Assembly: GCA_964588165.1 (NCBI GenBank)
Contig: CAZPMS010000005.1
Coordinates: 69,411-112,020 of the forward strand
Length of the DNA: 42,610 nucleotides
DNA from: an uncultured Gammaproteobacteria bacterium
Lineage (GTDB): Bacteria > Patescibacteriota > Patescibacteriia > UBA1558 > UBA10009
Direction of reading: 5' to 3'
The position numbers and the translations under genes are program-made. Below the pieces are notes generated by a model. It made no database searches. It saw only the letters and a list, made by a program, of their open reading frames with translations, and was not told the DNA's origin. This document shows positions 1-8,827 of the stretch, piece after piece. Within the stretch, counting starts at the first letter, position 1; the number at the start of each line of letters is the position of its first letter.

Positions 1-102
1 TTACTAAAAAAGCTTTATTTTCACTAATTTTGATGCTTAATTAGGATGTTTAGAATGTCAGTCCAAAATCCTTGCATCCTAACCTCCTAGCATCCTAGAA
101 AT

Positions 103-3036
103 ATGCCAATTCCTCATCTTTCACATAAAATACATTCGCCAAATAACTGGAAAAAAGACAAGGTGGTAAAACGCCCAAAAAAAATTAAACCTTCTAAATT
201 AAAGAAGGGTTTCTTTAATTTTAAGAAAGGCGGTAAAAAGTTTTCTGATATTAGCTTCCGAAAAAAAAGTAGCGGTTTTAAATTCAACCCTTTTAAATTT
301 ATTAAGCGGTATTGGCGGCAACTCGCTGCCGTCTTTTTAGTATTTATAGTTGGCCTTATTGGCCTTTTTGCCTGGTTCTCTAAAGACCTGCCCGATCCAA
401 ACAAATTAAGCGAAAGAGATATAGCCCAAAGCACCAAAATTTACGACCGGACCGGTGAACACCTGCTGTATGAAATTCACGGTGAACAAAAAAGAACCAT
501 CATCCGTTTAGAAGAAATCCCAAACTATGCTATCCAGGCTACCCTTGCTTTAGAGGACCAAAAATTTTATGAACACAAAGGTTTTAATTTATGGGGCATA
601 TTTAGAGGTGTGGTTATTAGAGCTTTAACTGGCAAAACTTTGCAGGGCGGCTCTACATTAACCCAGCAATTAATTAAAAACGCTATTGTAGGTGACGAAA
701 GAACTATTACCAGAAAACTTAAGGAATTGGTTTTAGCTTATCGTATAGAAAAAAAATACTCTAAAGATGAAATTCTGCAGATGTATTTTAATGAAATTCC
801 TTATGGATCTACCACTTATGGCATAGAAGCGGCATCTTATTATTATTTTGCCAAATCAGCTAAAGAAATTACCTTAGGTGAAGCAGCTATACTGGCCGCC
901 CTTCCTCAAGCGCCTTCTTACTATTCACCGTGGGGCAACCATATTGATGAACTTTACGGCCGCCAGCAATATGCTATAGACCAAATGGTTAAAGAAGGTT
1001 ATATAACCACCAATGAAGCAGAGGCAGCTAAACAAGAGGAAATTATTTTTGCCAATAGAGTAGAGGGAATTGAAGCCCCTCATTTTGTTTTCTTTGTTAA
1101 AGAATTATTGAGTGAAAAATATGGCGAAACTTTAATAGAACAAGGTGGTTTTAAAATTATTTCTACCCTGGATTATGATCTACAAAAAAAAGCGGAAGAA
1201 ATAATTAAAGAGCAATCAGAAAAAAATCTGGCTAACTACGACGCCTCCAATGCGGCCCTGGTTTCTATTGATATCCAAACTGGCCAAATTTTAGCCATGG
1301 TTGGTTCTAAAGATTTCTTTGATAAAGAAATAGACGGCCAAGTTAATGTGGTTGTAGCCAATAGACAGCCAGGCAGCTCTTTTAAACCAATTGTTTATGC
1401 CACTGCTTTTAATCAAGGTTATGTCCCGGAAACTGTTCTCTATGACTTAGAAACGGTTTTCCCGGTCTTTGACGGCGATTATATACCCCACAACTATGAT
1501 TTAGAAGAAAGAGGCCCTATTTCCCTACGCAAGGCTTTAGCTGGCTCCTTAAACATCCCGGCTGTAAAAATGATCTATTTGGCAGGCATTGATAATGTCC
1601 TAGATATGGCTGATGATTTGGAATATACCACACTAAAAGATAGGAGTAGATTTGGCCTCTCATTGGTTTTGGGCGGCGGTGAAGTAAAACTATTAGAGCA
1701 TACCAATGCTTATGCAACTTTTGCCAGAGATGGTAAAAAAATGAGATATTCAGCTGTTTTAAAACTTGAAGATAATAAAGGTAAAGCTTTAGAAGAATAT
1801 GATAAACCCCGAAGCCAAAAAATAATAGAGCCGGAAATTGTTAAAATAATTAACGATATTCTTTCGGATAATAATGCCCGGGCTTTTGCCTTTGGTGAAT
1901 CTAACTATTTAACTTTAGGGGATAGGCCAGCAGCAGCTAAAACAGGCACCACTAATAATTATAGAGATGCATGGACTATCGGTTACACTCCGCAAATTGT
2001 TACCGGTGTTTGGGTGGGCAACAATGATAATACCGAAATGAAGCAAGGAGCGGCTGGTGGCACTGTGGCCGCCCCAATATGGCAAAAATTTATGAAAGAA
2101 TCTTTAAAAGAAAAACCTATTGAAGAATTTTCCAAACCATCCTATGAAATTTCTAATAAACCTATGTTAGGCGGTGATGCATCTGGAGTTAAAGTAATAA
2201 TTGATAAAATGAGTGGTTTATTAGCTACTGAGGCCACCCCAGAACATTTAAGGGAAGAAAAAATATTTAAACAAGCACATAGTATTCTACATTATGTAAA
2301 CACTAGTGACCCCCTGGGGCCCGCTCCGGTAAATCCGGAAGTGGATAAATATTATAGTAATTGGGAAGAGTCTGTAGCCAAATGGGCAAAGGAAAATAAC
2401 ATCACCAACGAGCTACCCCCAACTGAATCAGATAATATTCATAAACTATCTGACCGGCCATCTATTTACTGGGTTGCTCCGAGTAACAATAATATAATTA
2501 GTGAACAAACTATTAATTTAGAAATTAATGCTTCAGCGCCAAGAGGGGTAGTTAAGGTAGTCTACTTTATTGATAATAATCCAGTTGGTACAAGTTACCA
2601 AAATCCATATAACTATACCTTAATTATTCCCCCACTACTACTTAATGGTGGCCACACTCTCACAGCTAGGGCCTTTGATAATTTGGAAAATACCGGAGAA
2701 GCTTCTATAACCATTAATCTCCAAAGGGAGGCTTATTTAAATATTGATTGGTTGGAACCCCCGCAAAGCACAACATTCTCCCCTGCTGATTTTCCTTTGA
2801 ATTTAATGATCCATATTGACGATCTATCTAAAGTAAAAAAGGTTGATTTTTATTATCGCCCCCAAGACAGCCAAAACACAGTTTGGTTGAATTATATTGA
2901 AAATCCGATTAGTAATAACCTTGATGTCCTTTGGGCCACCGCCCCCGAATTGGGTGTTTACCATCTTTACCCAGTAATCACCGACTGGCAAGGGCAGCTT
3001 ATTAATGGCCCAGAAATTACTGTTAGTATTGAATAA
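103..3036 (+). CDS. mrcA: Class A bifunctional penicillin-binding protein (PBP1A-type glycosyltransferase/transpeptidase) with C-terminal Ig-like extension
   Basis: 977-aa ORF. GT51 motifs EDQKFYEHKGF, GGSTLTQQL, RKLKE. Transpeptidase motifs SSFKP (SxxK), SLN (SxN), KTGTT (KTG). Lys-rich N-terminal tail, then one TM helix (LAAVFLVFIVGLIGLFAWF). The last ~250 aa look like two beta-rich repeats. Confidence 0.9.
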   Translation: MPIPHLSHKIHSPNNWKKDKVVKRPKKIKPSKLKKGFFNFKKGGKKFSDISFRKKSSGFKFNPFKFIKRYWRQLAAVFLVFIVGLIGLFAWFSKDLPDPNKLSERDIAQSTKIYDRTGEHLLYEIHGEQKRTIIRLEEIPNYAIQATLALEDQKFYEHKGFNLWGIFRGVVIRALTGKTLQGGSTLTQQLIKNAIVGDERTITRKLKELVLAYRIEKKYSKDEILQMYFNEIPYGSTTYGIEAASYYYFAKSAKEITLGEAAILAALPQAPSYYSPWGNHIDELYGRQQYAIDQMVKEGYITTNEAEAAKQEEIIFANRVEGIEAPHFVFFVKELLSEKYGETLIEQGGFKIISTLDYDLQKKAEEIIKEQSEKNLANYDASNAALVSIDIQTGQILAMVGSKDFFDKEIDGQVNVVVANRQPGSSFKPIVYATAFNQGYVPETVLYDLETVFPVFDGDYIPHNYDLEERGPISLRKALAGSLNIPAVKMIYLAGIDNVLDMADDLEYTTLKDRSRFGLSLVLGGGEVKLLEHTNAYATFARDGKKMRYSAVLKLEDNKGKALEEYDKPRSQKIIEPEIVKIINDILSDNNARAFAFGESNYLTLGDRPAAAKTGTTNNYRDAWTIGYTPQIVTGVWVGNNDNTEMKQGAAGGTVAAPIWQKFMKESLKEKPIEEFSKPSYEISNKPMLGGDASGVKVIIDKMSGLLATEATPEHLREEKIFKQAHSILHYVNTSDPLGPAPVNPEVDKYYSNWEESVAKWAKENNITNELPPTESDNIHKLSDRPSIYWVAPSNNNIISEQTINLEINASAPRGVVKVVYFIDNNPVGTSYQNPYNYTLIIPPLLLNGGHTLTARAFDNLENTGEASITINLQREAYLNIDWLEPPQSTTFSPADFPLNLMIHIDDLSKVKKVDFYYRPQDSQNTVWLNYIENPISNNLDVLWATAPELGVYHLYPVITDWQGQLINGPEITVSIE

Positions 3037-3251
3037 TTATAGCCATCAAGCCGGGTATCTATAAACATTATATGATAATCCTATTTCCAAACTTTAGGTT
3101 GGGCTAATTGACAATTTTTTGGAAAAAGTTGAGGCTGATAGCTCGCCTAACGCGAAGCAAATAAATAAATTTTTATTTAAGTATATCCGCGAGTAACCCG
3201 CGGTCCATCGGCGGGCAATCCGTGCTTATTAGTGAGTTCTACATAATAAAC

Positions 3252-3290
3252 AAAACCCGCGTGCTTGAAGACTCGGGTCTTGTTTTATTT
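3252..3290. terminator. Bidirectional hairpin terminator, downstream of the dnaA-dnaN-membrane gene operon on the minus strand and of the PBP gene on the plus strand
   Basis: ACCCG (3255-3259) pairs with CGGGT (3274-3278). Alternative AAGAC/GTCTT stem. A-run before and T-run after. Confidence 0.5.
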
Positions 3291-3345
3291 TAGAGGTAGC
3301 CCGGAGTAGGCGCCAAAGAGGTGCCAACCCCAAAATACCTTAAAT

Positions 3346-3687
3346 TTAAATTTTATTAGCTACTATTATTGACTGTACTTTTAATTTTTTTATTTTTTTA
3401 TAAGAAGCAATGTTTAGGCTTAAACTTATAATAAATGTTGAAAAAAACAATACTATATACATTGACATCAGTCCCCCATAATTTCCTTTCAATAAGCTTA
3501 TAAAATATACAAAAGCAATTAGGGAAAAAATTGTTATTATGGTCAACGCTCCAAATAATACTTTCCAAAAGGTTAAATTTTTAATTTTAAACCAAAACAA
3601 TAAAAATAAACCAACTGGAATAATAGAATAAAAAATTAAAGTATACAGCACCGAAAGCAATACGAAAAGAATTGGGTTTGAGCTCAT
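3346..3687 (-). CDS. Small integral membrane protein (3-4 TM), function unknown
   Basis: 113-aa ORF 20 nt downstream of dnaN on the same strand. Strongly hydrophobic helices and AT-rich backbone composition. Confidence 0.5.
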   Translation of the reverse strand: MSSNPILFVLLSVLYTLIFYSIIPVGLFLLFWFKIKNLTFWKVLFGALTIITIFSLIAFVYFISLLKGNYGGLMSMYIVLFFSTFIISLSLNIASYKKIKKLKVQSIIVANKI

Positions 3688-3707
3688 AAATTAACTTAAT
3701 TATAAAT

Positions 3708-4814
3708 TTATTGCCTAATAGGCATTATAATATAAAGATAGTTATCATCACCAATTGGTTTAATAACACCCGGTGCGCTATTGGAAATTATCTCTATTGT
3801 AGCCTCGTCTTTATTTAAATTATTTAAACCATCAATTAAATATCTATAATTAAATACTGCCTCATTATCTTCTCCGGTGCAATCAGCTTCAACCTTAACC
3901 ATGTTTTCACCGATCGCACTATTTATAGCCGTAACCACAATTTCGTTCTTATCCTTAACAAAAGCTAATTTAATATCATTAATCCCGGGCTTACAAAATA
4001 AAGAAACACTTTTTATTACTTTTAAAAAGTCGCCCACATTAACCTTGGCCTGGGTTTTACTTTCCGAAGGGATTATTTGCTGGTAGTCTGGATATTGGCC
4101 CTCAACCAATCTGGAGATTAATTCAACCTCGCTGTTTAATTTAAACAAAATCTGATTTTCATTAATAAATAAAGTTATTTCACTTTCAGTTGACTCAGCT
4201 AAAATTCTATAGACTTCTTGTAGGGTCCTTAGGGGTATGATTAATTTTTTATCTTCAGCCTCGCTCTGTAATGAAATTTTATCTTCAGCCAAACGATAAC
4301 TATCCGTACCAACTAAAGTTAATTCCTTGGTGGAAAAAGAAAATAAAATACCGCTAATTTCGGGTCTTGATTCATCCATGGCTGCTGCAAAAATAACACC
4401 CGATAAGCCCTTTTTAAAGTTTTTATTTTTTACTACAATTGGTTTTTGCCTTTCCAAATCCGGAATTAGTGGAAAATCGGTTGAATCAACACCCTTAATA
4501 AACGTTTTATAGTTACCACACCTAATATGGAGGGTTTGTTCTTCCAACTCTAATTCAATGTTTTCTTTGGGTAGCAAACCAATATAGTCAGCCAAGAGCC
4601 TAGCTTGAACAGTAAACTCCCCACCCCTTTCAACCTTGCCCCGTACAACCGCGGAAATTCCAATTTCTAAATTTGTGGTGCTTAACCTTATAACACCAGC
4701 ACTAATTTTAATTAAAACATTGTTTAATATTGGCAACGTTGCATTTCTACCAGCAATATTACTTACAATAGAAAGCCCCCTATTTAAATTTTCTTGTGTA
4801 CATGTGAATTTCAT
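3708..4814 (-). CDS. dnaN: DNA polymerase III beta sliding clamp
   Basis: 368-aa ORF. N-terminus MKFTCTQENLNRGLSIVSNIAGRNATLPILNNVLI is typical of DnaN. Three-domain length, located directly downstream of dnaA. Confidence 0.9.
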   Translation of the reverse strand: MKFTCTQENLNRGLSIVSNIAGRNATLPILNNVLIKISAGVIRLSTTNLEIGISAVVRGKVERGGEFTVQARLLADYIGLLPKENIELELEEQTLHIRCGNYKTFIKGVDSTDFPLIPDLERQKPIVVKNKNFKKGLSGVIFAAAMDESRPEISGILFSFSTKELTLVGTDSYRLAEDKISLQSEAEDKKLIIPLRTLQEVYRILAESTESEITLFINENQILFKLNSEVELISRLVEGQYPDYQQIIPSESKTQAKVNVGDFLKVIKSVSLFCKPGINDIKLAFVKDKNEIVVTAINSAIGENMVKVEADCTGEDNEAVFNYRYLIDGLNNLNKDEATIEIISNSAPGVIKPIGDDNYLYIIMPIRQ

Positions 4815-5088
4815 ATTATTAGTTATTTATATATTAAATTAATAATAATAATAATAAGTATAGGTTAATAAGTTAATAAGTGGTTTTGGGTTTGTTTTTG
4901 TTGTGTTTTGGGTTTGTTTTTGTTGTGTTTGTTTTGTTTAAAAAGCTGTTTTTATTTTTTAATAGTTTTGGGATAAGTGGTTTTTTGGTTTTTTAGTTGT
5001 GTAAGGTTTTTTATTTTATTAACTTATTTATTTATTTTAATAACAGTTTTAAATATATTTATAAATATATTTTCCAAAAGATATTAGA
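4815..5088. other. Candidate oriC segment (dnaA-dnaN spacer) with AT-rich unwinding-type tract
   Basis: 274-bp non-coding spacer between dnaA and dnaN. Contains an (AAT)n run at 4841-4857, a 22-bp tandem repeat and a degenerate DnaA box TTGGGATAA at 4968-4976 (7/9 to TGTGGATAA). Nearly pure A/T tract at 5011-5080. Confidence 0.45.
4883..4926. repeat. Perfect 22-bp tandem duplication GTTTTGGGTTTGTTTTTGTTGT x2
   Basis: Direct reading: 4883-4904 and 4905-4926 are identical. Strongly G/T-skewed on the plus strand. Confidence 0.9.
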
Positions 5089-6447
5089 CTAGTTTTGGTA
5101 TAACCTTTCTTTAATTGTTGTTATATCGTTTTTAATTTTTTCATCCTTTTCAATAATTAAAGAAATTTTATTACAAGCGTGGATAGCTGTGGTATGGTCT
5201 CTGCCCCCCAATTCTTGGCCGATAGAGGGGTAAGAAGAATTTATTTCTTGTCTCATTAAATACATTACAATTTGCCTAGGGATCACCATTTCTTTTCTTC
5301 TACAACTACTAATTAGGTTATCAATTGATATATCAAAATAACTACTAACAATTTGAATTATTTTTTTTGGAGTTAAGTTAACTTTAGGAATAGACGCTGT
5401 TAGGGCCTGTAAAACTTGTTTGGTAGAGTCTAGTGTTGGCTCTGTGTTATTAATTTGATGATAAGCAATAATTCTATTTAAAGCCCCCTCTAATTCCCTG
5501 ACATTATTTTGTATATTTTCTGCTAAATAATTAATAATTTCAGGAGTTAAATTATAATCTTTTTCTTGGCATTTTGCTTCTAAAATAGCGATTCTGGTTT
5601 CAAAATCGGGAGCACCCACATCAGCTGTCATACCCCATTCAAACCTAGAAATCAGCCTTTGTTCTATATCAGGAATAGCCTTAGGCGGCCTATCTGAACT
5701 TAAAACAATCTGTTTGTTATTTTGATGTAAGGCATTAAAGGTATGAAAAAACTCTTCCTGGGTTTGTTCTTTACCGGAGATAAAATGAATATCATCAATT
5801 AGTAAAACATCAACATTGCGATAGGTCTTTTTAAAATTTTCAGTCTGCCCGGTTTTAATAGCTTGGACATAATCATTGGTAAACGTTTCACTATTAATGT
5901 AAAGGATCTTTAATTTAGGATTGCCATTTAAAAGTTCATTACCAATTGCCTGGACTAAATGGGTTTTCCCTAGCCCCACACCTCCATAGATAAAGAGAGG
6001 ATTATAAACTTCTCCCAAACGTTCGGTAACAGCTTTAGAGGCGGCACTGGCCAATTCGTTACCTTTGCCTACAATAAAGTTTTCAAATATATATTTTTTA
6101 TTGAGTCCGAATTTATTGAGCTCTACAGTTTCATTAATATTACTTTTTTCTACTCTTGGAGTTACAGCATCAATAGGCTGTTTAGTTGGGACCGGTTTAG
6201 AAGTTTGTACCACGTAAGATATTTTTGTTACAGAGTCATTTGTAATACTTTTGAGAGCTTTTAAAATCTGTTCGCTGTATTTTTTTTCTAACCAAGTTTT
6301 AGTAAAAGCGTTAGGGGTGCCCACAATCACCTCTCCGTTTTCTTGAGAAGCAATAAAGGTATTTTTAAACCAAGTAGTAAAATTAGCTTTACTAATTAGT
6401 AACTCTAATTCGCCTAAAACTGCTTGCCACAATTGTTCATTATTCAT
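5089..6447 (-). CDS. dnaA: Chromosomal replication initiator DnaA
   Basis: 452-aa ORF. Walker A GGVGLGKTHL, Walker B LLIDDIHF, C-terminal DnaA signature IGQELGGRDHTTAIHACNKI. Confidence 0.95.
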   Translation of the reverse strand: MNNEQLWQAVLGELELLISKANFTTWFKNTFIASQENGEVIVGTPNAFTKTWLEKKYSEQILKALKSITNDSVTKISYVVQTSKPVPTKQPIDAVTPRVEKSNINETVELNKFGLNKKYIFENFIVGKGNELASAASKAVTERLGEVYNPLFIYGGVGLGKTHLVQAIGNELLNGNPKLKILYINSETFTNDYVQAIKTGQTENFKKTYRNVDVLLIDDIHFISGKEQTQEEFFHTFNALHQNNKQIVLSSDRPPKAIPDIEQRLISRFEWGMTADVGAPDFETRIAILEAKCQEKDYNLTPEIINYLAENIQNNVRELEGALNRIIAYHQINNTEPTLDSTKQVLQALTASIPKVNLTPKKIIQIVSSYFDISIDNLISSCRRKEMVIPRQIVMYLMRQEINSSYPSIGQELGGRDHTTAIHACNKISLIIEKDEKIKNDITTIKERLYQN

Positions 6448-6470
6448 TTTGATGTTTTATTTTAATTTTT

Positions 6471-6499
6471 GCGCCAAAGGCGCATTCGCCTTGGGCGAA
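6471..6499. repeat. Twin short GC-rich hairpins (GCGCC-AAA-GGCGC and TTCGCC-TTG-GGCGAA)
   Basis: Seen directly between the TrmB-like gene and dnaA. The core CGCCTTGGGCG recurs at 21189-21199. Confidence 0.6.
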
Positions 6500-6623
6500 G
6501 ATTTATTATTTAATCCACCCCCTTATTTTATTTTTAAAAGTTATTTAGAAAGGGTAATTAAAATAGTAGCATAAAATGCCAATAATCAAAATATCCCCAA
6601 AAGAGGATAGCTTGTTTATAAAT

Positions 6624-6642
6624 TGTGGATTTAAGTGGATAA
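6624..6642. promoter_or_regulatory. Two adjacent DnaA-box-like 9-mers upstream of dnaA
   Basis: TGTGGATTT (6624-6632, 7/9) and AGTGGATAA (6634-6642, 8/9), scored against the reverse-complement DnaA box consensus TGTGGATAA. Confidence 0.5.
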
Positions 6643-6647
6643 ATAAT

Positions 6648-7385
6648 TTAGGCAATGCCCTTATAATTTAAGGCTGATTGCCAAGCAAGTAAGAAGAAAT
6701 TTTTATAAGTTTTAGCTAAATCTTCCGATTCAATTAAAACCCCAAATAAGTTATCCAAAGAAATAATAAAAATTTTATTTTCCGTAATGGCTGAGTCAGC
6801 AAAAACTGGCAGGTTTTTGGGCATAAGCTTTATTGGCCTGCTGGTAAAATAATTTTTAGCATATTCTAAGCTGGCTTGGTCTGAAGAAACTATTTCCATG
6901 GTTTTTTTCCGGCCATCAATAATTACTTTATCCAATATATTAATAATTCCCGGAAATGCCTCATTAATTTTCCCTACGTCGCTGCCAAAAAAGTAGAGCT
7001 CTTTAGAGGGGAAGATAATTTTAGTATAAACATTCCATAACTCTTCCTTTCCCTCATAGTATTTAATTTTAGGCTTAGCGCCTTTACTAAATTTTGTTTC
7101 AAAATAAGGTAAAAAATCTTTAAAATTAGCCACTTTTTCCTTATATTTATTCAAAATTATCTTAGGATCCTCGGCAGTGTATGAGCTGGTATTCTTTTTT
7201 TCTATTTTTGTCACATATCCCTTTTTAGTTAAATTATCCAAGGAAACATAACAGGTGGGCCTTTTAATTTGGGCTTTTTTGGCGATATTTAGAACAGTAT
7301 CAGACCCCAACTCTAAACAAGCTAAATAGATTTTAGCCTCAATTTCTGTTAAACCCAGATCAACTAATATTTTTTCTTCAATCAT
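6648..7385 (-). CDS. TrmB-family winged-helix transcriptional regulator
   Basis: 245-aa ORF. N-terminus LVDLGLTEIEAKIYLACLELGSDTVLNIAKKAQIKRPTCYVSLDNLTKKGYV matches the TrmB wHTH pattern. Paralog at 17234-17974. Confidence 0.75.
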   Translation of the reverse strand: MIEEKILVDLGLTEIEAKIYLACLELGSDTVLNIAKKAQIKRPTCYVSLDNLTKKGYVTKIEKKNTSSYTAEDPKIILNKYKEKVANFKDFLPYFETKFSKGAKPKIKYYEGKEELWNVYTKIIFPSKELYFFGSDVGKINEAFPGIINILDKVIIDGRKKTMEIVSSDQASLEYAKNYFTSRPIKLMPKNLPVFADSAITENKIFIISLDNLFGVLIESEDLAKTYKNFFLLAWQSALNYKGIA

Positions 7386-7448
7386 GTAAAAAGCTTATCA
7401 AAATACAATAAGTCTGTCAATATTCCTGACAACAATCATTTAATTTTG

Positions 7449-7510
7449 GCTAATATTAGTTTAATTAGTAAGTTACTATTATTGACATAATATCTTAAAT
7501 ATGCTAATTT
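7449..7510 (+). promoter_or_regulatory. Promoter module: palindrome GCTAATATTAG, -35 TTGACA, extended -10 TGcTAATTT
   Basis: GCTAATATTAG at 7449-7459; TTGACA at 7482-7487; 17-nt spacer; TAATTT at 7505-7510 preceded by TGC. Homologous to the module at 11976-12035. Confidence 0.5.
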
Positions 7511-7566
7511 AATCTGTTTAGAACGTTGACAGTTTAGTGAGGAACAACCACAAAAGGAGAAGAGTC

Positions 7567-8382
7567 ATGAACACTAATAGTGCAAAAGACACACCAGTCA
7601 AGATGTTTGAGTGGGTTGTCATTTTAAGTGTTTTGGCGGGCGCTGTTTTTTTAACCGCTATTATACATAATTCGGGGTTTTGGGTGGCCGTGCTGCCAGC
7701 CACTTTCTTTTTTGGGGTAATTTTTAAGCTTGATACTCTAGCTAAAAAAGAAAAGAAAAACAACAACCTGCTCTTAGTAAGGAGGGCTAATTTAAGGACA
7801 TTGTGGGCCCCAACAATTCTTGTTTTATTGTGGGGGTTATTAAGCTTTCTTCGGTTTGATTTGAGCCCCCTAACTATCTACAACCACAATACTGGAGAGC
7901 TGGCAGAGGTTGGTAGGGTTGTTTGGGTTAGTCCATCTCAGTCGGTGGTTAAGTTTACTGAGCCGGACGACTCAACTGAAGAATATTATTTCAACTGCCG
8001 TGAAAACAGGGGCAACGAGTTTGTTTATCGAGAAGGCGAGGGGTATAAAATCAAAATCTTATTAAACTTTGATTATTATAACCGAGCCGAGCTTCTTAAT
8101 TACTTTTATCCTATAATCAGCGAGCGTGTGGAGGAAAGATGGTTTTGGTTTGAGTCTTTTAAGTTTACAGCGGACAGGTTGGCATGTGATTTACTAGCTG
8201 ACTATCATCGTCAAAACCTTGAGGCCCAACACTTGCTAGTTAATAAAAACCTTGGCCCGCAAAACCGCCAGCATTTAAAAATCCAACTTGAGGAAGGGTT
8301 TGAGGCGGTTTTAGTTGCCAATAAGATTGATGATATTGTTGATGTTGTTGTTGACAGTATCTATGTGGAAATTAGTTTTTAA
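7567..8382 (+). CDS. Membrane protein, function unknown (N-terminal TM helices plus ~170-aa soluble domain)
   Basis: The ORF-track start is 7537. ATG at 7567 is preferred because AAGGAG lies 7 nt upstream. TM segments WVVILSVLAGAVFLTAII, FWVAVLPATFFFGVIF, LWAPTILVLLWGLLSFL. GC-richer than the backbone. Confidence 0.6.
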   Translation: MNTNSAKDTPVKMFEWVVILSVLAGAVFLTAIIHNSGFWVAVLPATFFFGVIFKLDTLAKKEKKNNNLLLVRRANLRTLWAPTILVLLWGLLSFLRFDLSPLTIYNHNTGELAEVGRVVWVSPSQSVVKFTEPDDSTEEYYFNCRENRGNEFVYREGEGYKIKILLNFDYYNRAELLNYFYPIISERVEERWFWFESFKFTADRLACDLLADYHRQNLEAQHLLVNKNLGPQNRQHLKIQLEEGFEAVLVANKIDDIVDVVVDSIYVEISF

Positions 8383-8483
8383 CTGTATTTGTTTAGGTTG
8401 AGCTTGTGTTGTAGTTATGCAAGAGTGTTAGCGAGATTGTTAACTCAATTTTGCCAACACTATAAACTGTTAAGGAGGTTATT

Positions 8484-8801
8484 ATGCAGTGGTATATTGA
8501 TTTTATCCAGATGGTGGCCAATTGTCTGGGCACCTACCCATTTTTAGCGCCAACAGTACTTGGTTTGATTGGTTCGCCAATCATGGCCTGTTTCCCGGGA
8601 TTAAAGTGGTGGCAGCGACCAATAGCCTTTGTTTTGACGCCAATAGTGGGAACTGTTGTGTTTTATCTAGCCGAACTTGTAGTAGGCTTGGGTGTTGTAG
8701 TGTTTTTGGGTATAGGCATTTTTTCAGCAATACACACAGTATCTTGGCTTCTACCCAAAGCAATTTTTACCGGTGATTGGGGGTCACCTCAACCTGAGTA
8801 A
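8484..8801 (+). CDS. Small membrane protein (3 TM), function unknown
   Basis: 105-aa ORF with AAGGAGG 6 nt upstream of the ATG. Hydrophobic throughout. Followed by a terminator. Confidence 0.6.
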   Translation: MQWYIDFIQMVANCLGTYPFLAPTVLGLIGSPIMACFPGLKWWQRPIAFVLTPIVGTVVFYLAELVVGLGVVVFLGIGIFSAIHTVSWLLPKAIFTGDWGSPQPE

Positions 8802-8827
8802 CAAAAGCTAGATTCAACAAAACTACA

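Noticed and set aside
114-437. Minus-strand 107-aa ORF, and similar antisense ORFs at 1517-1717, 3877-4086, 4327-4512, 4636-4842, 10077-10283, 13377-13583, 13848-14045, 15226-15450, 15682-15888, 17644-17841, 20297-20613, 21292-21486, 27500-27721, 28688-28912, 32880-33164, 35682-35867 and 39562-39750
   Set aside because: Each lies wholly inside a longer ORF on the opposite strand that has clear family motifs. They are low-complexity shadow frames without start signals.
3131-3345. tmRNA, suggested by GAGGCTGATAGC, which resembles the GGGGCUGAU 5' end
   Set aside because: There is no tRNA-like T arm/acceptor with CCA and no tag reading frame, and the region is too short.
4841-4926. CRISPR array or other spaced repeats
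   Set aside because: Only a trinucleotide run and a contiguous 22-bp x2 tandem repeat are present. There are no spacers, and no repeat-spacer periodicity was seen anywhere in the window.
7518-7766. Minus-strand 82-aa ORF, and the alternative frames 8522-8776 and 8581-8763
   Set aside because: They overlap the SD-led plus-strand membrane protein genes and have no SD or promoter of their own.
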